Below, one piece after another: positions 18,795 through 27,601 of a stretch of DNA of 64,000 nucleotides (positions are counted from its first letter, which is position 1; every line of letters begins with the position of its first letter). A program made the position numbers and the translations under genes. The notes under the pieces are model-generated. The model had not been told where the DNA came from. It ran no database searches and saw only the letters and a list, made by a program, of their open reading frames with translations. The stretch is taken from IMG/VR virus record IMGVR_UViG_3300047554_000685, positions 1-64,000 of that record; one strand, 5' to 3'. The stretch is from a virus.

Positions 18795-21700
18795 TTTTTC
18801 TCGATTAGTGCTCGTAAACGATCAGCATAAGCATCTAGCTTGCGCGCTGCGTTCTCGCCAATACCACGGTTAGTTGAGCGTAACCAACTAACAGCTGATT
18901 CGATTGCCCTCAGAATGTCTTCAGGATTATTTCCTACCACATCAATAAGGCCAGCCATATCTCCTTCGGAGTCGTCGTTTAACAATCGAGCGTAGACATC
19001 ACCTAATGACTCGTTTTCTTTTGATAGGTTGGCGGCGGCCCATGCGGCGGCGTCCTCGCGATCATCAAACTCTTTACTGTAGCTGTCAGAATCGCTCTCG
19101 GGAGAATCTACATAACCTACCCATTTGCCAGTTTCTTCATCCTGACGAACTCCACCTTCCCAGCCGCCTCCGCGAACATCTCCGAGAGGGTACTCTTTGT
19201 CGTTCATATGGGCTTCAATGTCAGCAACGTCAGTAGGGTAGTAGTAGTCAAAGAAGTCTTTTAGATCTTCAAATGCCTTACCAAATTCAAAATCGCTACC
19301 CGCATCTTCTGGGTCGCGCTTAGCTGCTTCAATAGGTCCTAGATCGGACTCGATCTTGGCAAGCAAGTCATCAGCTGCCTTCTTAAGACGAGCTTCTAGG
19401 TCCTTACCTCCCTCTGAAGTAGGGCGCATTGAATTGTATGCATCCATTAGCTCGGAGTATAGGTAGTAAGCATCATCAATATCGTTCGGGTCAAGGCCCT
19501 CGACGAAGTCTTTGCCTAGGAATGCATAGCCTTTTTCATCGCTGTTCTCGGTTTCCTCGGCCAAAGAAACTAGCTCTGGTTTCATCTGCTCCCAAGAAGT
19601 TCCGTACTGCTTTCCGGCTGCTTGATCAAAACCCTTATCACCAGACTCTAACTTGGCAATTGCATCATCCATGTCGCTTGACCAGCGGCCATAACGCTCG
19701 TCGGCTCGTAGACGCTTTAGTGCATCTAGGTCACCCTTAGAAACTAGCGAGTCAATGTAGTTATTGATTCCGCCCTCAACGTCATCCATTTCTTTCAGCA
19801 TGCTGATGATAGATGAAACATCGCCCTTTGAGCGGTTCTCTAGGTCCTTGAGAATTTCATCGCGATCAGCGTCAGATAGGCCCTTAGCGTAGACGTCACG
19901 CTTTACAGAGTCAATCATCTTCTGAGAAGGCTTGCCGTACTGCCCCAAGTTTTCCTTGTCACCAAGGTCGCGGAGCTTACCGATGAATCCACCAGCCTGA
20001 GCCTTAGTCAGGTTGTTTCCTTCTAGAGCCTCTTTGATAGCCTGAGCAGTTTCTGAGTCAATACCTGACTTGGTCTCAGAGAGGTTCTTAAGGTAGTTGT
20101 ATTGGGCTTCGGTTGCTGGCTCCATCATCTTTGGAGATAGAGTTTTGCCTGGAGCTTGGTCGAAGCCGTCAATATCAACTCCAGCGTTTTCAAGCATGTC
20201 TGCAATCAGCTCTGGATCTTCGTTGGCATAGAAGTCAATAAAGTCTTCAGCGTAGTACTGAGGCTTCTGCATTACACGCTTGCCATCTGGGTGATCTACC
20301 GCTACGTCATAGACCATGTCATAGAACTCGTCTGGGTTCGTCCGACGCAATTTAAGGAGGTAGTCCCTCATTGACTCGGCTACGCTGTCTTTGGTGTCTT
20401 GATCTAGTTCGTCCCAAGCATCGGCGATACTTTTACCAGAAGCTTGATCAAATCCAGGCTCTTCTTCGCCCTTACGTGCGTTGATGTCTGCTAGGGCGTC
20501 CTCAATCTGAGACTGGTACTCGCTGTAGCTCGGATCATTTACGATGTCCTCGAGGAAGTCCGAGTCATCTCCGTCAATCGCAGCCTGAACTTCATCTGCC
20601 TTTGCCTGATCAGCGTCCGCAAGATTCTTCTGCTTACGCGAGTCTAGGGCCTCCGCGTTGGTGCGAATGTCTTCAACAATCTTGTCAAAAATTCCACCAG
20701 TAGTGTCGTTAGCAATGTCACGCTCGGCACCAAGTGCATCAGCAACATTAGACGAGTCACGTAGACGCTCGGCAATCTGGTTTGCCTCGTCCATCTTGTC
20801 AGAAACCTCTGCCTCAGATAGTCCGTCAGCTTCCAGTGAGTTTTGGTAGTCCTCTAGGGCTTGGTCAATTGCAGACTCTACATCAGCGTGAGCTGAGTCG
20901 TATTCGCTGTCAAACTCACTGTCAATTCCTGCAGCTTGGTCAAAGCCTTCGGTCTGCTGGCGGTCTGGACGACGACGTAGCTTAGCGGTGAGCTTCTCAA
21001 TTGAGTCACGATCTAGTCCTGCGTCAAGCTGAGCAAGAATGTCGTTCATCTCGTCAGGAGTCAATTCTTTGGTAGTTAGGTAACCCTGAAGCGAGTTGAT
21101 CTGACGCTCGGTTGGCTTGGTTGGATCAACACCAGGCTTAAAAGGCTTCTTAGTTAGGTCACCAAACAGAGAGGCCATCTGGGCCTTTGTTAGGTTCTTG
21201 TTAGCTAGAGCATCGTCAATAGCCTTTTGAGTGACAGGGTCAATACCGTCACGCTCTGAGTTAAGCTCCTCAAGAAGTGCATACTGCTTGTCAGTAGCTG
21301 GCTCCATCTGCTTTTCAGATAGTGGCTTAGCTGGTGCATCCGCCTTATCTTCGCCAGTCTTCTGGTCAAGACCAGCAGGTGGCTCGAGTTCATCTAGCTT
21401 CTTGTCTAGGTGCGCGTTGATGCCTTTACGAATATCAGAAGCAATGTCAGTTTCATCATAGGTCGGGCCAGCAGTGCCAGTAGCGACTTCATCGCCATCT
21501 TCGTTGTAGACGCCCCAGTTGCGGTAACCGTCTTCGTCTTCATCGCCAACCCAGATGCTATCATCGCTGTCGCCATTGAAGATCTTGTTTGCAAGCTCGT
21601 CTACCTTGTTAAGTAGACCTTCCTTATCAACAGCCATGCGAGCCTGCTCCTGAGCTGCATCGGCTTGCTCCTTCTCCCACTTAGCACGGGCACGCTTCTC

Positions 21701-23983
21701 TACCTGCTCTGGAGAATTGTAGAAGTCTTCCTGAGCCTTACGGTCAGCTTCACGCTTAGCCTTCTTCTCTTCTGCATAGTTAGGGTTCTCTAGACCGTTT
21801 TCTGCCATAGCAGCAACACGGTCAAGGAAGTCAGGCCAAGACTCGCGGTTATTACGAAGCACAGTCTCAACTGGCTTACCATCTACAGAGACCTGCATTT
21901 CGTCCCAAGCGACGTAGCCCTTTTCGTCATCGAACCACGAGCCGTCACGATACTTAACCTCTACGCGACCATCTGGAGATGTGTAGGTTTCCTCTCCTCC
22001 AGTGAAGTTGCCGTCTGCATCCTCTTCGAGGAAGAACTTGTGATCACCTAGGTCCTTGGCAATCTTTTTGCCAGCTGCGCTTAGCTTCGGAGCTTCACCC
22101 GGAGCCTGATCAAAACCACCGTCGTCCATACCAGCGCCGAAGTCATCATTGCGCCAAGCTTCGTAGAGGACATCATAAGCTTTGCTCGGGTCCTGTAGAA
22201 CTTCAGCAAACTCTTCAGCTGCCTTAAGAGCGTCTTCCTTAGAGTCGTAAGTTTGCTTGTCCTCGTAGTTATATTCTAGGTTTTCATCAACCAAACCTTG
22301 AGGAATAGACTTAGTTACTTCGTACTTGTTGCCCTTACGCTTTACCTCTACAAAGCCTTCGTCATTACCGTACTCAAAGTCGTCGCCCATGTTGTCAGAC
22401 TGCTTTAGACGGTTATCTGGGCTGAACCAGCTTTCCTGCTTCAAAAGCTTTTCTAGACCGTCGCCGGTGTCGCCATCTTCTAGATCTCGGTAGCTTGCAC
22501 GATACGATCCGATGTATTGACCATCATAGGTAACACTAATTCCAGAAAGGTCGGTGGCTCCAAAGCCGACGTCACCTTCGCCATCAGCTTCCCAGTTAAG
22601 TTCTAGCTTACCATCAGGAGAGGTATACTCGGCCGAGCCGCCCAAGTCTTTCCAGTTCTGAGGATTTGATAAATGATCCCAGTCAATCGCGCTGTCAAAC
22701 CAGTTTGAACCCTCTCCGGGCTTCTGATCTAGGCCAGGCTCTTCTGGAGTTTCGTCGCCCTCTCCATTAAGAGCATCGTAGGTCATACCAATCTTGTTGA
22801 GACCAGCCCAGTCCTGACCAACGCCAAGAATCTTGCCGTCTTTGTCGCGGATTTCAAACATCGGGGTATTTGGATCAATGGCACCGCTCTCGCCTGCGCC
22901 TTCGGTCATGTAGTCACCCTCTGGTAGGGTGTCAACAGCCTTTACAGTTTGACCAGTCTTAGATGTGAAGGAACCGTCTTCATTCTTGGTCCAACCCTCT
23001 GGAGCATCTACACGAGTCTTTAGGAAGTCTTCTAGAGGAATTGCAGAGGCAATATCTGCCTTGCTCGGGGTCGCAATAGTGCGGTTAGCCTTGAGACCCT
23101 TTACCTTAGAAAGTGCGCGCTTAGAGAGAATAGCCTTTACTGGAGCAGTCTTAGCGGCGTCAATAGTATAGATACCGTCAGGAATTTCGGGGCTGTCTTT
23201 AATCTCAATCTGGAAGTTGTTGGTTCCCTTAGGTGCACCAACAATGCGTGCATCTTCCGAAAAGATACTTCCGTCTCCGCGACTAAAGAATCCACGTAGA
23301 CGCCCAAATTCCTCAGCGAATCGGCCATCACGGTGACGACGACGAACCGCTGCCAAAATCTTTGACATTGCTGAACGCATTGCAAAGCTCATCTTAAAGG
23401 CTGCAGTGATAGGAAGTACTACGTCTTCTGGAACATAGCCAGCAGCAACCAATGCGCCAAGCTTTGCGCTGGCGTAGTCAGCCTCTACAGAACCAGGCTT
23501 GGTTGCGTAGGCCGCGTAAACATCAAGACGAGCCTGCTCCGAGGCAATGCGAGGGTCACTAGCTACCCAAAGGGCGGTGACTCGAGATAGGGCAGAGGCA
23601 GTCATAGCACCACGGTTAGTACGTGACGGGTGTCCTAGAGGAAGGAAGTCGGTGTATTCGCCAAGGCCAGAAGCGATAATACCGTGGTGAGAGTAGTTAA
23701 GGACGTTGTCTACAGCATTTGCTGCAAATAGCATCCACTCGCTTGGGTCAGCATCTAGATTGAAGTGGATTGCGGTTTCGATGATGTTATCAATCGAAGC
23801 GTCTGACACCTGACGGGCCGAAGCAACCAGTGCATTCTGAGTCTTCGCGTACTCTACGATCGCTAGTTTAGAGAGGTGCTCTGCATCCTCGGTTGTGTAG
23901 TCGCGATCAGCGTAGAAGTTTTCAATCTTGCTGATGAGATTAGTGAATGCTGAGCTCACTTTAGGCCTTCCTGAGCAGGGCAA
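18782..23983 (-). CDS. giant acidic modular head-module protein (putative internal/ejected polyprotein)
   Basis: 1733 aa between portal and protease; 7 copies of G[FL]DQ[AK]xG linker; two repeats of 'EPAT..Q...LTKAQ' domain; highly acidic segments. Confidence 0.7.
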   Translation of the reverse strand: MPCSGRPKVSSAFTNLISKIENFYADRDYTTEDAEHLSKLAIVEYAKTQNALVASARQVSDASIDNIIETAIHFNLDADPSEWMLFAANAVDNVLNYSHHGIIASGLGEYTDFLPLGHPSRTNRGAMTASALSRVTALWVASDPRIASEQARLDVYAAYATKPGSVEADYASAKLGALVAAGYVPEDVVLPITAAFKMSFAMRSAMSKILAAVRRRHRDGRFAEEFGRLRGFFSRGDGSIFSEDARIVGAPKGTNNFQIEIKDSPEIPDGIYTIDAAKTAPVKAILSKRALSKVKGLKANRTIATPSKADIASAIPLEDFLKTRVDAPEGWTKNEDGSFTSKTGQTVKAVDTLPEGDYMTEGAGESGAIDPNTPMFEIRDKDGKILGVGQDWAGLNKIGMTYDALNGEGDETPEEPGLDQKPGEGSNWFDSAIDWDHLSNPQNWKDLGGSAEYTSPDGKLELNWEADGEGDVGFGATDLSGISVTYDGQYIGSYRASYRDLEDGDTGDGLEKLLKQESWFSPDNRLKQSDNMGDDFEYGNDEGFVEVKRKGNKYEVTKSIPQGLVDENLEYNYEDKQTYDSKEDALKAAEEFAEVLQDPSKAYDVLYEAWRNDDFGAGMDDGGFDQAPGEAPKLSAAGKKIAKDLGDHKFFLEEDADGNFTGGEETYTSPDGRVEVKYRDGSWFDDEKGYVAWDEMQVSVDGKPVETVLRNNRESWPDFLDRVAAMAENGLENPNYAEEKKAKREADRKAQEDFYNSPEQVEKRARAKWEKEQADAAQEQARMAVDKEGLLNKVDELANKIFNGDSDDSIWVGDEDEDGYRNWGVYNEDGDEVATGTAGPTYDETDIASDIRKGINAHLDKKLDELEPPAGLDQKTGEDKADAPAKPLSEKQMEPATDKQYALLEELNSERDGIDPVTQKAIDDALANKNLTKAQMASLFGDLTKKPFKPGVDPTKPTERQINSLQGYLTTKELTPDEMNDILAQLDAGLDRDSIEKLTAKLRRRPDRQQTEGFDQAAGIDSEFDSEYDSAHADVESAIDQALEDYQNSLEADGLSEAEVSDKMDEANQIAERLRDSSNVADALGAERDIANDTTGGIFDKIVEDIRTNAEALDSRKQKNLADADQAKADEVQAAIDGDDSDFLEDIVNDPSYSEYQSQIEDALADINARKGEEEPGFDQASGKSIADAWDELDQDTKDSVAESMRDYLLKLRRTNPDEFYDMVYDVAVDHPDGKRVMQKPQYYAEDFIDFYANEDPELIADMLENAGVDIDGFDQAPGKTLSPKMMEPATEAQYNYLKNLSETKSGIDSETAQAIKEALEGNNLTKAQAGGFIGKLRDLGDKENLGQYGKPSQKMIDSVKRDVYAKGLSDADRDEILKDLENRSKGDVSSIISMLKEMDDVEGGINNYIDSLVSKGDLDALKRLRADERYGRWSSDMDDAIAKLESGDKGFDQAAGKQYGTSWEQMKPELVSLAEETENSDEKGYAFLGKDFVEGLDPNDIDDAYYLYSELMDAYNSMRPTSEGGKDLEARLKKAADDLLAKIESDLGPIEAAKRDPEDAGSDFEFGKAFEDLKDFFDYYYPTDVADIEAHMNDKEYPLGDVRGGGWEGGVRQDEETGKWVGYVDSPESDSDSYSKEFDDREDAAAWAAANLSKENESLGDVYARLLNDDSEGDMAGLIDVVGNNPEDILRAIESAVSWLRSTNRGIGENAARKLDAYADRLRALIEKNPKA

Positions 23984-24031
23984 TAATTGCTTAAGCTATG
24001 ATACTAGAATTTTACCGTATTACCAGACAAT

Positions 24032-24727
24032 TTATTTTCTAGTTGACTTCGGATGTGCTTTTGGAAGCAGGTCGTTGTCGGTTGTGTATTTTGAGTTTTT
24101 AGGTGAACCAGAGCGTAGTAAATGCAGATAAGCATTTACACGAGCCATGGCCCAAGAGTTGCGGTTTTGATCTGGTCGGTGGGATGTAGAGAATGCACCT
24201 GCACCACGACGGTACACAGCTTTAAGGGCTCCCATGGTAGCTTTTCTACCGTCTGGTGCTTTCTTGTTGTGTGTTTCCATTTTGTTTTTTAGGGCTGTCA
24301 CAATTTCTTCAGTAAAGTCTACAGACTTACCCGTGGCTGCTGACCCCTTTTTGTTTTTGCTTGAACCCTTGATTTGATCTTTCTTAGGTGCTGGCTTCGA
24401 ACCTGCGGTTGCAGTTACTGCACCGTCCGGGAGAACTGCAAAACGGCAAAGTCCTCCGTCCTCCACTTCAGCTGCAATAATTGAGCAACCATTAGGTGCG
24501 TTGAAGAAAACGCAGTTGCCGCATTTTACGCCGATCTTAGCGTTGTCTTCATTTTCTGAGGCAGGGGTGTATCCGGCCCAGACGCCAGTGTTGTCATCAT
24601 TAAATTTGCCATACTTATTCGCAATAAGTTGGAGTGCATCTGCAAGTTCTTGCTCTTCGGGGACTAGGTTATATCCACCAGCAACTACAGAATCGTCTTT
24701 TTTGAATACATCACCAACATAAGACAT
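24032..24727 (-). CDS. head-module protein with 4-Cys HiPIP-like motif and DUF5824-like C-terminal domain
   Basis: 'KCGNCVFF..NGCSII..GLCRF' and 'LKAVYRRGAGAFSTSHRP...WAMARVNAYL'; ATG 24727 overlaps the Dps stop. Confidence 0.6.
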   Translation of the reverse strand: MSYVGDVFKKDDSVVAGGYNLVPEEQELADALQLIANKYGKFNDDNTGVWAGYTPASENEDNAKIGVKCGNCVFFNAPNGCSIIAAEVEDGGLCRFAVLPDGAVTATAGSKPAPKKDQIKGSSKNKKGSAATGKSVDFTEEIVTALKNKMETHNKKAPDGRKATMGALKAVYRRGAGAFSTSHRPDQNRNSWAMARVNAYLHLLRSGSPKNSKYTTDNDLLPKAHPKSTRK

Positions 24728-25182
24728 TACTGAACCCCTAAAGTCGATTTCAATTGCCATTGCCACTTCTTGTGCATGTCAATGCGCCCGGCTAGGAAGT
24801 CAGCAATGCCTTGCTCATTGCATGCATCAGCAATGCCGAAAGCCTGCTCATAGCAAAGAAGCACTCCCTGATTAACGCGAGCCAAAGATTCAACCATAGA
24901 GACCGGATCTCCAAGCTCCCTCTCTTGACGAACAATACAAGTTAGTTCTACGAAGTCGGTGACTAGGTACGGGGCGTCATAGCCTAGCTTGCGGATGTTT
25001 TCAGCAAGAGGGTCAATGGCGCTATCAACATCAGAATAGATCTCTGCAAAAAAATCATGGAACTGATGAAAAGTAAGACCCTTCACATTCCAGTGATATC
25101 CCTGAGCTAGAAACCCAAAGGTAGTTACATCAGCTAATAGATGTGCTAGTTGCTCTGCTAGCCCGTCCTTCTCATGGGTCAT
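24727..25182 (-). CDS. dps: Dps / ferritin-like DNA protection protein
   Basis: 'HWNVKG..F..FH..F.EIY....IDPLAENIRKLG' Dps signature; 'HKKWQWQL' C-term. Confidence 0.92.
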   Translation of the reverse strand: MTHEKDGLAEQLAHLLADVTTFGFLAQGYHWNVKGLTFHQFHDFFAEIYSDVDSAIDPLAENIRKLGYDAPYLVTDFVELTCIVRQERELGDPVSMVESLARVNQGVLLCYEQAFGIADACNEQGIADFLAGRIDMHKKWQWQLKSTLGVQ

Positions 25183-26939
25183 GGTGTAGGTACCTCAGGT
25201 TCTTCTTCTGGAGCTGCCGATGTAGGTGGTGCCTCTGGAGCGGGGGTTTCGGCTGAAGGCTCTGGAGCTGGACTGCCCGGGCCTCCATCAAGAATGTTTT
25301 CAATCTCTGGTGTCATCGGGGCAACAGAGCTTGCTTGATGGGCTGCGTTAATAATATCTTTAAGCTCTGGTGCGACTGCCTCGAGCATCGACTGAGTCAG
25401 TTCTGGGGTGATCATACCCTTCTCAACAACTAGACGTAGCGCAAGCTCTTCTGGGCTTGGTGCGTCTGCATCGGAGAAGCCGTGAGCACGACGCCAAGTG
25501 TTGAAGGATACAGCCATCTTTTCAAAACCAGAGTCAGCATCAGCTGCACGGTCATTACGAGTAGCAACCTGGCTCGGGTCATACCAAACCTGAATACGAT
25601 CTACTTCATCTTTGTCGTAGCCGTTGGCAATTAGGTATGGACGTAGGTAAACAACAGTCAAGGCATCGGCAATAAGAAGCATCAGAGGCTCGATGTGCGC
25701 CTTGTAGAGGGCTTCATCAATCTGTAGCGCGTTAGAGTACTTAACGTTAGCTAGGCCTGTCACAACGTCTTTAGGGACGTCTAGACCCTGCATAATGCGT
25801 TCCAGCACACGGTCAGCTCGAGAAACTAGCGATGCGTCGAAAGAACGCTCAAACTTGAACTGCTTGATCTTGTCGCCAAGTTCTGCTGGACCACGGATGA
25901 TCAAAGGAACAACGGCACTCGCAGAGTCCTCGTCCTTAATCGGAGTGGTCATTGCATCTATTAGCTGATCTTCGAAGTCGTCAGCGGCTTCTTCGGTATT
26001 GTAAAGCTCGTTGTATTCGCCATCTTCATCGTATGGGTAGTCAGGATCTGGGCTAGCTGCAACAGACAAACCATCAGGCAGGTACAAAGCACCAGCGTTG
26101 AGGCGAGAACGGGCCGTAGCGCGGAAAGTGCGGTTGAGTAGCAATAGTTCTGCACATAGATCCAAAAGTCCGCGTAGCGAGCTGTCAGACTCCATCGAGT
26201 AACGTGGGTGTGCTTTCCAGATACGTCCGATGAATGCATCGGAAGGTAACCTAATTGCATTCTTACCCGCTTGACCTGAAGAAGAGCCGCTAGCATCACG
26301 AATCGGATTGATTGTGTAGTTTCCACGAGAGTCAAGCTGTAGTTCATCTACAGAACGAATGTCCCATGATTCTGGGATCTGCGAACCGATGCGCTCTGGT
26401 ACCTGAACTAGATAACATTCGCCGGTAACTTGAAGATTTAGTGCTGCATCTTTTAGAAGACCAGCTTGGCCTCCATACGCTGAGTCAAGACGAGCAAGTG
26501 CACGCTGGGCAGCTGATGCTAGTTGAGGATCAACAATTTTTGATAGGTCTACAGGTATTGGAGATTCTGAAGGGTCGTCTACAGCAGCAGCATAAAGGCG
26601 GATACGCGATACGACAGACGCCACAAGGTTAAACGCATATTTAACTTCACCAATTGCATCGTAATACTCCCATGCTTCGGCTTGCCATGCAGTCGCGGCT
26701 GACTGACGACGATTTTTAAACATCTCCGCTTCAGTTTTGTCTCCGATTCGAATCTGAGCAGCGGCAGCGGTCAGTGGGCGAGGAGTGTTGTAAGCTGCAG
26801 GCTCTGCATAGACAACACCAAACGAGTCTACAGAGATGCCTGGTGCAATAGGTGTCGCAGTTCGGGGAGTAGATGCTCGCAAACCGGCGGCCAATGCCCT
26901 ACCACGAGCATTTTTGTTGTTCTTTTTAAAAATTCCCAA
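25179..26939 (-). CDS. portal protein
   Basis: 'WQAEAWEYYDAIGEVKYA', 'ASAVVPLII', 'GLDVPKDVVTG..NVKY'; two genes downstream of terL. Confidence 0.85.
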   Translation of the reverse strand: MGIFKKNNKNARGRALAAGLRASTPRTATPIAPGISVDSFGVVYAEPAAYNTPRPLTAAAAQIRIGDKTEAEMFKNRRQSAATAWQAEAWEYYDAIGEVKYAFNLVASVVSRIRLYAAAVDDPSESPIPVDLSKIVDPQLASAAQRALARLDSAYGGQAGLLKDAALNLQVTGECYLVQVPERIGSQIPESWDIRSVDELQLDSRGNYTINPIRDASGSSSGQAGKNAIRLPSDAFIGRIWKAHPRYSMESDSSLRGLLDLCAELLLLNRTFRATARSRLNAGALYLPDGLSVAASPDPDYPYDEDGEYNELYNTEEAADDFEDQLIDAMTTPIKDEDSASAVVPLIIRGPAELGDKIKQFKFERSFDASLVSRADRVLERIMQGLDVPKDVVTGLANVKYSNALQIDEALYKAHIEPLMLLIADALTVVYLRPYLIANGYDKDEVDRIQVWYDPSQVATRNDRAADADSGFEKMAVSFNTWRRAHGFSDADAPSPEELALRLVVEKGMITPELTQSMLEAVAPELKDIINAAHQASSVAPMTPEIENILDGGPGSPAPEPSAETPAPEAPPTSAAPEEEPEVPTP

Positions 26940-26951
26940 GGGTACTCCCTG

Positions 26952-27239
26952 TTATTCAGCCTTAGAAGAAATAATACCCACTAATGCAGACGTTGATAAG
27001 ACTAATGATACCACAAAAACAGCATCTGGCACTAAAATATATGCCACAACAAAGACCAATGACACCCAAAAACCAGTACACCAGTTGCAAGTGATCAAAT
27101 ATCCAAGTTTTGTGTCTGGTGGAAACCTTTTCCACACTTTTTCTCGCGCAAACTCGAAGATTGTATCTGTAGTTATTGCTCGAGTAACTCTATACGCAGC
27201 TAAAACTAATAGCAAGTACGAAAACCAGTCAATGCTCAT
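26952..27239 (-). CDS. DUF1360-family membrane protein
   Basis: 'YRVTRAITTDTIF..R' and 'LITCNWCTGFW'. Confidence 0.8.
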   Translation of the reverse strand: MSIDWFSYLLLVLAAYRVTRAITTDTIFEFAREKVWKRFPPDTKLGYLITCNWCTGFWVSLVFVVAYILVPDAVFVVSLVLSTSALVGIISSKAE

Positions 27240-27601
27240 AGTCCGTCTTTCAGTGCAGTAATAGTTTTATAGGCATTCCAACTGCGAAGACGTGATCCGC
27301 ATCCGCAATTGGTGTCTTTTTGGAATGCTAGCATCTTTCTAGAGGTGGTTACAACCCTGTAATCACTTTTTTTGTCTGCAGCAGGCAGTAAAAGGTCGTA
27401 TTTCTCCTGAAAAATGATTTGAGCACCATTAGGAGAGTCTTGGGCAACAAAAATAGCTTCGTCAGTAACAACAACACGAGTAGTTGCCCTATAAAATGCA
27501 TCGGGAGTGGCTGGATTTGATTTTAAAGAGTAAACATCGTCAAAGGTTCCAGCCGGAACCACTGCCAAGTGAGCCGGAAATACGTCTAGTAGTATTTTCA
27601 T
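27236..27601 (-). CDS. hypothetical protein (CGCGSRLRSW motif)
   Basis: ORF coupled to terL stop. Confidence 0.7.
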   Translation of the reverse strand: MKILLDVFPAHLAVVPAGTFDDVYSLKSNPATPDAFYRATTRVVVTDEAIFVAQDSPNGAQIIFQEKYDLLLPAADKKSDYRVVTTSRKMLAFQKDTNCGCGSRLRSWNAYKTITALKDGL

